From the IMG/VR virus record IMGVR_UViG_3300014205_000182, positions 1-64,000 of that record: a stretch of DNA of 64,000 nt; one strand, 5' to 3'. Below the pieces are notes generated by a model. The model was not told where the DNA came from. It saw only the letters and a program-made list of their open reading frames with translations, and did not search any database. This document shows, piece by piece, positions 9,089 to 14,930 of the stretch; the stretch's first letter is position 1, and each line of letters opens with the position of its first letter. Position numbers and translations under genes: made by a program. Origin of the DNA: a virus (taxonomy: Duplodnaviria > Caudoviricetes).

Positions 9089-9207
9089 AGAAACTAATGA
9101 GGGCGTTCCACCGTCATCGCCGGGTTTGCCGTCTTACGATCAAGACGTAGAGTGTCGCCATTGCGGGCAGGTAGCCACCGGACTACGAACGCGTATACAC
9201 GTTCCAG

Positions 9208-9298
9208 AGTGTAAGGCGGGAGTCGAACCCACAAAGACCCGAGCCCCGTTATCTCACGACAACTCACTCAGTATGTCTGCCAATTGCATCACTTACAT
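9208..9298 (-). ncRNA. tRNA-like RNA with the anticodon arm replaced by a long GNRA-capped hairpin
   Basis: Canonical D/T loops; CTGAGT-GA-GTTGTC-GTGA-GATAAC-GGG-GCTCGG. Confidence 0.65.
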
Positions 9299-9301
9299 TC
9301 G

Positions 9302-9375
9302 TTCGGGGTGAAGGTTACGATCCCTCGTCTCTCGCTTCAAAGGCGAGCGTCTTAGCCCATTAGACAGAACCCCGA
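9302..9375 (-). tRNA. tRNA-Gln(TTG)
   Basis: CTCGC-CTTTGAA-GCGAG; U1:A72. Confidence 0.85.
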
Positions 9376-9449
9376 ATGGCGCCTTGTTCCGACTTGCCAC
9401 GGCTCGCCACCATTGCTGGCCACGGGTCCCCTGGGCTAGGACCGGCGCG

Positions 9450-9521
9450 TAGTGCTCCCACTCGGAATCGAACCGAGCCTCCACCCATACCAAGGGTAGG
9501 TACTCACCAGACGTCAAGAGC
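9450..9521 (-). tRNA. tRNA-Thr(GGT)
   Basis: TACCC-TTGGTAT-GGGTG. Confidence 0.8.
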
Positions 9522-9593
9522 ATGGTGATCACACACGCGCTGGTTAAGCATCGATCACCTGGGAACCACCCTATGATCCTGCGTGTGCTTTCG

Positions 9594-9661
9594 TGGAGTA
9601 TGACGGTAGCGCGCCGTCTCTAAACCGGTGCAAGCGGTTTGCTCAGTCTTCTGTATACCCC
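9594..9661 (-). tRNA. tRNA-Ala(TGC), degenerate D/T loops
   Basis: AACCG-CTTGCAC-CGGTT; G3:U70. Confidence 0.75.
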
Positions 9662-9670
9662 AAAGTGTCG

Positions 9671-9743
9671 TGGAACTGGTCGGGTTCGAACCGACTGCCT
9701 CTTCGATGCCATCGAAGCGCTCTCCCAAGTGAGCTACAATCCC
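9671..9743 (-). tRNA. tRNA-Ala(GGC)
   Basis: CTTCG-ATGGCAT-CGAAG; G3:U70. Confidence 0.9.
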
Positions 9744-9771
9744 ATGTTGACCTTCCATCAACTGGCAGGAG

Positions 9772-9954
9772 TCACACCTGCTTTTGACTCTCGTTTACAC
9801 GAGACCCTACTGATCTTGCTGCTTCCTCCGAGAAGGAAGGTACCCCGTCGAGAGAGCGATTCATCGCTCCCATCCGAGTCTTATACCACTTGAAGAACTC
9901 CTTTGCACAGAAGGTGCAGTCAGGATGACAAGCGCCGAGAGCATTAACCACCAT
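9772..9954 (-). CDS. Small hypothetical protein inside the tRNA array
   Basis: AGGAG/GAGGT RBS; CxxxCxxC; 60 aa. Confidence 0.55.
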   Translation of the reverse strand: MVVNALGACHPDCTFCAKEFFKWYKTRMGAMNRSLDGVPSFSEEAARSVGSRVNESQKQV

Positions 9955-9972
9955 ACCTCACTCCTATTGTTG

Positions 9973-10044
9973 CGGAATTGACGGGAATCGAACCCGCCTC
10001 GGTGTGTAGACAGCACACCAGCCTCACCAGATGCTTACAACTCC
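9973..10044 (-). tRNA. tRNA-Asp(GTC)
   Basis: GTGTG-CTGTCTA-CACAC; G73. Confidence 0.88.
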
Positions 10045-10122
10045 ATGGGTGGGAGCACGTCGGCTTTGCGGCCTACGGTTTGCCTATATCTCTTCACGGA
10101 GAAGCTCCAAAATCTCAGGTTA

Positions 10123-10196
10123 TCCTGATACGCCCGCCCGGGGCTTTACATCGCTAGGCGGTACGCGTTTCACCCTTCCGGGATCATCAGTCAGGA
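10123..10196 (-). ncRNA. Type I hammerhead ribozyme
   Basis: TCCTGA-CTGATGA-TCCC-GGAA-GGGT-GAAA-CGC...GCG-TA-TCAGGA; GUA cleavage triplet. Confidence 0.8.
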
Positions 10197-10197
10197 A

Positions 10198-10524
10198 CTA
10201 TGGGTTCAGCTTGCAGAGGCCGTATCGGCAGCGCTCACCAGAATCACAGTCATCATCACAATCACAGCGTTCGTAGCACTTACCGCTATGACATCTCTCT
10301 CCGTCATCACAATCATCGTCGCAAGTACAAGGAGGAGGCACGTATGCATCAGGTGGACAGACTTCGGCATCTGGTTGTAGGACTGGTGCATCTGTTGCTC
10401 CGGCGTCGGGTCTCTCATACTCACCACCGGGTGGTGTACTTGTTGGCGGGACATCGGTATCATAATCACGTTCTAGGTTAGCGCAACCCACTAACGCACA
10501 GAGAAGGAAGATTGTGTAACGCAT
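10198..10524 (-). CDS. Cys/Asp-rich lipoprotein with CxxDDDC repeats
   Basis: Lipobox LVGC; two CxCDDDCxxGERCxxGxC repeats. Confidence 0.75.
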   Translation of the reverse strand: MRYTIFLLCALVGCANLERDYDTDVPPTSTPPGGEYERPDAGATDAPVLQPDAEVCPPDAYVPPPCTCDDDCDDGERCHSGKCYERCDCDDDCDSGERCRYGLCKLNP

Positions 10525-11207
10525 TAGAACCTCACCGATCCAAACAGACTTGCCGAGCTACCGAGGGTCCACTGCGCACCCTCTTCCGAGTCGTCGTGCA
10601 GCATCCCGAGAACGAGTGGGGCCAGATTCAGATGGAACATCACCGGGCCAAGCTTCTGTCGAACGCCGATGGTGGCGTCGAGCGTAACGTAGCTGCCGTC
10701 AATCTCGCCGTTCTCTGGCGAGCCGTTGATGTTTAGAAGGCCGAGACCGACACCGAAGGTGGCATGGTCGAGCTTCCTAGCAACTCCAAGTCGAGCCGTG
10801 AAACCAGATTCTCGGTCGCTGGTAGCGCCCATTGCTAGACCGCCCATCAGCGATGCCTCGTAGTTCTTGGAAACCATTCCGCGAACCTGAAGCGCTGGGC
10901 CCCATGCCCAGTCACCGTGCTTACCCATATATGTTCCGAAGACACCGAGATCGAGTGGGAACTTACCTGCACCACGCTCGACTACTCTGGTTTCCCGGAT
11001 AACTTTTCCGTCCTTACCGGGCGGACCTTCAGGCCCACGTGGTCCCGGTTCACCCGGAGTCCCACGAAGGACTTTGCAATACGATGTCGCAGGAGTTCGC
11101 TTCTTCTTTTTGACCTTAGGCTTCGGGGCTTCAGGACAAGGTGTTGCGTCGGCTGCTGCGGTGCCAGCAAACGCTGCGATTAGAGCAATGGTTAGTGTTT
11201 TATTCAT
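10524..11207 (-). CDS. Secreted protein with a short collagen segment and a beta-barrel-like C-terminus
   Basis: Signal peptide, (Gxx)6 stretch, alternating hydrophobic strands, C-terminal Phe. Confidence 0.65.
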   Translation of the reverse strand: MNKTLTIALIAAFAGTAAADATPCPEAPKPKVKKKKRTPATSYCKVLRGTPGEPGPRGPEGPPGKDGKVIRETRVVERGAGKFPLDLGVFGTYMGKHGDWAWGPALQVRGMVSKNYEASLMGGLAMGATSDRESGFTARLGVARKLDHATFGVGLGLLNINGSPENGEIDGSYVTLDATIGVRQKLGPVMFHLNLAPLVLGMLHDDSEEGAQWTLGSSASLFGSVRF

Positions 11208-11227
11208 CCACCAGAAAACTGGTGAAG

Positions 11228-11761
11228 CTAGTCGTCCGACTCCAGAGAACCGTTCCAGTACACATAATCATGCCACTGCTCTGGGATCGTCTTTCCAGTG
11301 AATTCAAACTCTACCTTCGGGACTGATCTGGGACGCACCGGCTTGCTAAGCAGTTTCATCTTAGCCTGCTGGGGCGTTCTGCCACCCTTCTTGCTGTTAC
11401 AGTCGTAGCAACAAGAGACGATGTTCTCCCAGACCGTCGTTCCGCCCTGAGAGCGTGGGATGACGTGGTCGTACGTAAGCTCGTCTGTACGGCACTTTTC
11501 CCCACAGTACTGGCACTTGTACCCGTCGCGTGAATAGACGTTTACGCGAGAGAACTTGAGCGCCTTCACTGGCTTCTTGACGAAGCTGTTCAGACGAACA
11601 ACGGCAGGTACTCGCATCGTTAAGTATGCGGAACGAGCCAGTGTGTCGTACTCTTCAACAACCGTCATCTTAGAGTTGTGAATTCCCGTTACAGCCACAT
11701 CCCACGGGACGACGCCGAGCGGTTCGTAACTAGCGTTAAGGACGAGTGTAACGTGATTCAT
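11228..11761 (-). CDS. HNH endonuclease (McrA-like)
   Basis: LVLNASYEPL; RDGYKCQYCG; DHVIPRSQGG; WENIVSCCYDCNSKKG. Confidence 0.92.
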   Translation of the reverse strand: MNHVTLVLNASYEPLGVVPWDVAVTGIHNSKMTVVEEYDTLARSAYLTMRVPAVVRLNSFVKKPVKALKFSRVNVYSRDGYKCQYCGEKCRTDELTYDHVIPRSQGGTTVWENIVSCCYDCNSKKGGRTPQQAKMKLLSKPVRPRSVPKVEFEFTGKTIPEQWHDYVYWNGSLESDD

Positions 11762-11799
11762 GGTAACTCCAAGCTAAGCACTATTCGAAGATAAGTCAA

Positions 11800-11875
11800 T
11801 GGGGTGTCTGACGGGTTACGCTCCCGCCTTGCTGGAATCACAACCCAGCGCCTTCACTAGACGGCAACAGACACC
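11800..11875 (-). tRNA. tRNA-His(GTG)
   Basis: G-1:C73; CTGGG-TTGTGAT-TCCAG. Confidence 0.88.
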
Positions 11876-11939
11876 ATATTCTTCTGTGGCCACTCAGAAC
11901 GAGTGGTAGTCACTACCTGCGTGTGGGTAGCTCACATCG

Positions 11940-12011
11940 TAGACCGTGAAGGACTTGCACCCTCGTGACTCGCTAATAAGGCAAGCGTACTGGCTGCTGT
12001 ACGAACGGTCC
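11940..12011 (-). tRNA. tRNA-Ile(TAT), atypical
   Basis: CTTGC-CTTATTA-GCGAG; T at position 37. Confidence 0.6.
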
Positions 12012-12013
12012 AT

Positions 12014-12088
12014 TAGTCTCCCATTCCGGTTCCGACCCGGATTCGATCGCTTATCGGGCGATTGCACTAGCCACTGTGCTAATGAGAG
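12014..12088 (-). tRNA. tRNA-Ile(GAT)
   Basis: ATCGC-CCGATAA-GCGAT (C33). Confidence 0.75.
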
Positions 12089-12089
12089 A

Positions 12090-12165
12090 TGGTAGGGAGT
12101 AAGAGGATCGCACTCTTCGCATACTGCATGTAAAACAGTCATCACCACTAGGTGGCCTACTCCCC
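12090..12165 (-). tRNA. tRNA-Val(TAC)
   Basis: ACTGT-TTTACAT-GCAGT; ACCA end. Confidence 0.82.
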
Positions 12166-12171
12166 ATATCG

Positions 12172-12244
12172 TACTGGTACTCGGACTCGCACCGAGACTA
12201 ATTAGTTCCTAAGACTAACGCCTCTACTTTTGGGCTATACCAGC
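12172..12244 (-). tRNA. tRNA-Leu(TAG), no long variable arm
   Basis: TTAGT-CTTAGGA-ACTAA. Confidence 0.8.
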
Positions 12245-12248
12245 AAAC

Positions 12249-12324
12249 TAGTACTCCAGGTCGGATTTGCACCGACACTTCGCGGGATTTAAAGCCGCTG
12301 CCTCTGCTGTTGGGCTACTGGAGC
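12249..12324 (-). tRNA. tRNA-Leu(TAA), no long variable arm
   Basis: GCGGC-TTTAAAT-CCCGC. Confidence 0.75.
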
Positions 12325-12325
12325 A

Positions 12326-12399
12326 TGGTATGTGTCCGAGGATTCGAACCTCGATCGCCAGGTATCACCCCGGAGTTTTACCAGTTAAACTAGACACAC
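12326..12399 (-). ncRNA. tRNA-like RNA with a 6-nt anticodon loop (GTGATA)
   Basis: Canonical body with ACCA end; CCGGG-GTGATA-CCTGG. Confidence 0.65.
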
Positions 12400-12494
12400 C
12401 AACGACTATCGAAGTGCCTTCACGTATTAGCGGTACGCTTAGGTCTCTGTGATGGTCGCCGGATTCCATCGTGCCGCTAAGCTTGATGGTTTCG

Positions 12495-12563
12495 TCGCAA
12501 CGGGTGGAGTCGAACCACCGTCGTACGCCTTATGAGAGCGTCGAGCATCCTATGCTCGCTGCG
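12495..12563 (-). tRNA. tRNA-Met(CAT), reduced D arm
   Basis: ACGCT-CTCATAA-GGCGT. Confidence 0.78.
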
Positions 12564-12630
12564 ATGTGTGACTGCCAGGTATCCAGCCTGGAAGGGAGGT
12601 AGGGGCTCTTGCGATCCACACTCAGTCACT

Positions 12631-12700
12631 TGGCAGGCAGCCCCGGTATCGCGCCGGGCTAATCGGTTTTGGAATCCAATGTGATCCTTGATCGCCGCCT
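12631..12700 (-). tRNA. tRNA-Trp(CCA), reduced D arm
   Basis: Loop TTCCAAA; acceptor AGGCGGC/GCTGCCT-GCCA. Confidence 0.75.
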
Positions 12701-12784
12701 ATGGTGGACATCTATACTTGAACGGGAGGCCCTCCCCGGAGTAAATCGGCTCAAGTTGCCTAGAAGCGTTGACCGCCTCGCTCG

Positions 12785-12852
12785 TACGCCCACCAGGAGT
12801 TGAACCTGGTCACCAACCTTCGCAGAGTCGGGTCGAATCCCTTCGTGGGCGC
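12785..12852 (-). tRNA. tRNA-Arg(GCG)
   Basis: CGACT-CTGCGAA-GGTTG. Confidence 0.75.
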
Positions 12853-12856
12853 ATAA

Positions 12857-12927
12857 TGGCGCCAGGCTGAGGAATTATACCTCACCGCTCCCTCTTAAAT
12901 GGAGAGTGCTCGTCAGAGCTACCCGGC
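12857..12927 (-). tRNA. Degenerate tRNA (TTT, Lys-like)
   Basis: CTCTC-CATTTAA-GAGGG with A33; GCCA end. Confidence 0.5.
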
Positions 12928-12934
12928 AAAAAGT

Positions 12935-13007
12935 TACGGAGACTGTTCGTAAACGGTGTTTGTGTCCAATTTTAAGTTAGAAGTAACCGTTCACTATCAC
13001 TGCCGTA
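12935..13007 (-). ncRNA. Y-RNA-like stem-loop
   Basis: TACGG/CCGTA closing stem; CAGTGATAGTGAACGGTTACTTC...CCGTTTACGA; resemblance judged from memory only. Confidence 0.45.
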
Positions 13008-13010
13008 TCG

Positions 13011-13082
13011 TAGTCTCCACGGGTTTTGCGCCCGTCTTCTCCGCGTGAGAGGCGGATGTCCACACTAGCTGACTCGGAGACC
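13011..13082 (-). tRNA. tRNA-Glu(CTC)
   Basis: TCCGC-CTCTCAC-GCGGA. Confidence 0.78.
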
Positions 13083-13146
13083 ATGTTTGCCTGAGGGAAG
13101 ATCGGTAACCCTCTTATCCCGCTCGTGTAACTCCGCAGGTCGGTCG

Positions 13147-13217
13147 TGCATCCAGAAGGAATCGAACCTTCTTATGGGACAAGTCAAATCCCTAACTCAC
13201 CATTTGTTCTTGGATGC
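13147..13217 (-). tRNA. tRNA-Val(GAC)
   Basis: GGGAT-TTGACTT-GTCCC. Confidence 0.72.
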
Positions 13218-13220
13218 ATT

Positions 13221-13307
13221 TAGAGTACCCCGCAGGTAACGATCCTGCCTAGGACTTTCGTCCCCAGGTTAACAGCCTGGCGCGCTCTCCATGAGTGCTA
13301 GAGGTAC
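13221..13307 (-). tRNA. tRNA-Asn(GTT) with a long variable arm
   Basis: CCAGG-CTGTTAA-CCTGG; extra GGAC-GAAA-GTCC arm. Confidence 0.75.
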
Positions 13308-13313
13308 ATTCAG

Positions 13314-13382
13314 TGCTCCCACCAGGAATCGAACCTGGCTGACTCGCATTACAAGTGCGTGTCGATACCCAGAACTAAGAGC
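13314..13382 (-). tRNA. tRNA-Thr(TGT)
   Basis: CGCA-CTTGTAA-TGCG. Confidence 0.78.
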
Positions 13383-13383
13383 A

Positions 13384-13453
13384 TGGTGCCCACTCGCGGA
13401 ATCGAACCGCGTTGCTTCCCTTACGAAAGGATGCTGTTTCCAAAACAGCGGGC
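13384..13453 (-). tRNA. tRNA-Thr(CGT)
   Basis: TCCT-TTCGTAA-GGGA; ACCA end. Confidence 0.75.
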
Positions 13454-13619
13454 ATTCTGGCGTTTTACGTTGGTGCGCCACACGGTAGATTGATCCTCTA
13501 TTCGGGAGTTCTAGAATTCCCTAAAGACGGTCGACTACTACGAGTCACCACGAAAAGTCGTGGCCACAAACTGTCCTGAGTAGTTTCGCCCTCCCTGGGC
13601 TACCGCATTCAAGACATCG

Positions 13620-13692
13620 AGCGGGTCAGGGGAATCGAACCCCTCTAAACAAGTTTGGAAAACTTGTGACTTCCCAGATGACCTAGACCCGC
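13620..13692 (-). tRNA. tRNA-Gly(TCC)
   Basis: CAAGT-TTTCCAA-ACTTG; U73. Confidence 0.88.
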
Positions 13693-13693
13693 A

Positions 13694-13727
13694 TGGCGCC
13701 CCGCCCCAGGATCAACCGGAGCAGAGC
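13694..13727 (-). ncRNA. 12-bp tRNA minihelix ending in GCCA
   Basis: GCTCTGCTCCGG-TTGATC-CTGGGGCGGGGC-GCCA. Confidence 0.5.
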
Positions 13728-13734
13728 ATAATCG

Positions 13735-13803
13735 AGCGGGCGACCGGTAACGATCCGGCTTCCATAAGAGTGGCACTCTCGTGGGCTTCCTAAACGCACC
13801 CGC
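13735..13803 (-). tRNA. tRNA-Gly(GCC)
   Basis: GAGA-GTGCCAC-TCTT; U73. Confidence 0.75.
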
Positions 13804-13922
13804 AGTTTCTGGATCGCTTCGTCTATCGGGCATCATCACATCCGGTTGCCCGGTGCGGCCTCGCGTCATGCCTCAGCATTTACACTATGCGTCCATAGTG
13901 CTGGCCAACCAGATGGCCGTAG

Positions 13923-13995
13923 TCGAGCTTGTGGGAATCGAACCCACCAAAGTCCTGGTCCCAAACCAGGCGTCACACCTTGCAACTTAAGCTCG
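13923..13995 (-). tRNA. tRNA-Pro(TGG)
   Basis: CCTGG-TTTGGGA-CCAGG; C1:G72. Confidence 0.88.
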
Positions 13996-14080
13996 ATAGT
14001 CACGTAAGTTTTACAACCCCGAAGGGCAGCTGAGTAGATCGCGAGTCCTCCAAAGCCTAGTCTTCACTTATCACTTACGC

Positions 14081-14154
14081 TAGTGGAACTCCTGGGAATC
14101 GAACCCAGCCCTCATGGCTTAAAAGGCCAGTGAGCCACCTTGGCCCAGAGATCC
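14081..14154 (-). tRNA. tRNA-Lys(TTT)
   Basis: TGGC-CTTTTAA-GCCA. Confidence 0.85.
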
Positions 14155-14194
14155 ATTGGCGCCTTTTTACATGATTGCCCAGCATGTTCGTCGG

Positions 14195-14265
14195 TGGATC
14201 TCCTGAGAGTCGAACTCAGGCAAGCCGGGTAAGAACCGGATGGACTACCGTAATCCTTGAGATCC
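14195..14265 (-). tRNA. tRNA-Lys(CTT)
   Basis: CCGG-TTCTTAC-CCGG. Confidence 0.82.
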
Positions 14266-14269
14266 AAAC

Positions 14270-14343
14270 GAGAGTTGTGCTCCTGTTACACTAGCCAGCA
14301 GCTGTTAGGCCCCTGGTGCGGATTCGCACCGCTCTACTCTCTC
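14270..14343 (-). ncRNA. Circularly permuted tRNA-like RNA (T arm 5' of D arm)
   Basis: GAGAGT..GCGG-TGCGAAT-CCGC-ACCAG..CTGGC-TA-GTGTAACAGGAGCAC-A-ACTCTC. Confidence 0.65.
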
Positions 14344-14345
14344 AG

Positions 14346-14418
14346 TGCCTCTCCTCGGTTTCGCGCCGAGTTCTCAGTGGCTTCAGCACCGCGCTTTTAC
14401 TAAATTAGCTTGAGGGGC
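14346..14418 (-). tRNA. tRNA-Phe(GAA)
   Basis: CGGTG-CTGAAGC-CACTG. Confidence 0.82.
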
Positions 14419-14425
14419 ATATTCG

Positions 14426-14498
14426 TTCGGGACCCAGGATTCGAACCTGGAACCTACTGCTTCAGAAACAGCTGCACAGCCAATTGTGCTAGTCCCGA
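14426..14498 (-). tRNA. tRNA-Gln(CTG)
   Basis: GCTGT-TTCTGAA-GCAGT. Confidence 0.88.
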
Positions 14499-14538
14499 AT
14501 ATCGTGACCCCACAGGCGGGTCACATTTGCATCATCAC

Positions 14539-14560
14539 TATTCGATTGTAAAGGAACGAG
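14539..14560 (-). promoter_or_regulatory. boxA-like antitermination element
   Basis: CTCGTTCCTTTACAATCGAATA resembles rRNA-operon boxA and lies just after the first tRNA. Confidence 0.5.
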
Positions 14561-14563
14561 CGG

Positions 14564-14645
14564 TGGGAGTCGTGAGAGTCGAACTCACAATGGTTGGTAC
14601 AACTGCTTTACAGGCAGCCCCAGTGACCGTACTGGCAATACTCCC
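14564..14645 (-). tRNA. tRNA-Tyr(GTA), first tRNA of the array
   Basis: GCTGC-CTGTAAA-GCAGT; extended variable region. Confidence 0.85.
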
Positions 14646-14683
14646 AGAAATAGAAAAGCCCAGCTGGTTTCCCGGCTGAGCCC
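14646..14683 (-). terminator. Intrinsic terminator of the tRNA-array attenuator
   Basis: GGGCTCAGCCGG-GAAA-CCAGCTGGGCTT followed by TTCTATTTCT; its 5' arm overlaps the antiterminator strand at 14679-14689. Confidence 0.8.
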
Positions 14684-14707
14684 TAATCTGGTTCTATCTG
14701 AAGATAG

Positions 14708-14830
14708 TTAGATTAGGGCCTCCACGGGAAAGATCGCATTGGCCTGGCGGTAGTCATGACCCGGCACGCACCACAGCCCGACGCTGTAAATGCGTCCCTG
14801 TAGTTTTTCTGTGGTCGTTGGCCGGGTCAT
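14708..14830 (-). CDS. 40-aa attenuator leader peptide
   Basis: MTRPTTTEKLQGRIYSVGLWCVPGHDYRQANAIFPVEALI*; all 20 amino acids; the last codons form the antiterminator strand. Confidence 0.75.
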   Translation of the reverse strand: MTRPTTTEKLQGRIYSVGLWCVPGHDYRQANAIFPVEALI

Positions 14831-14839
14831 TGTATTCTC

Positions 14840-14868
14840 TTTATAACTCTTCTTGGTTAGCTTGTCAA
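14840..14868 (-). promoter_or_regulatory. sigma70 promoter of the tRNA/RF operon
   Basis: TTGACA-17 nt-TATAAA; a second TTGACA-16-TATAGT lies at about 14907-14934. Confidence 0.75.
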
Positions 14869-14930
14869 GTGGCAGGTTCAAGGTTTGTCGTTTCCGTCTC
14901 TCAAGCACTATAACCATCCACGGGGCGCTG

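Noticed and set aside
9523-9588. HDV-like/theta ribozyme after a tRNA
   Set aside because: P4 and the catalytic J4/2 strand are missing
12249-12324. Ochre suppressor (TTA)
   Set aside because: Stem register gives loop TTTAAAT, i.e. TAA (Leu), and the body matches the other Leu tRNAs
13480-13600. Second hammerhead (stem-GAAAC)
   Set aside because: No CTGANGA core upstream of the stem
13694-13920. tmRNA
   Set aside because: Resolves into a minihelix plus tRNA-Gly(GCC); no tag reading frame found
7854-14679. Most short ORF-track calls within the tRNA array
   Set aside because: They overlap tRNA genes and lack RBS or protein motifs
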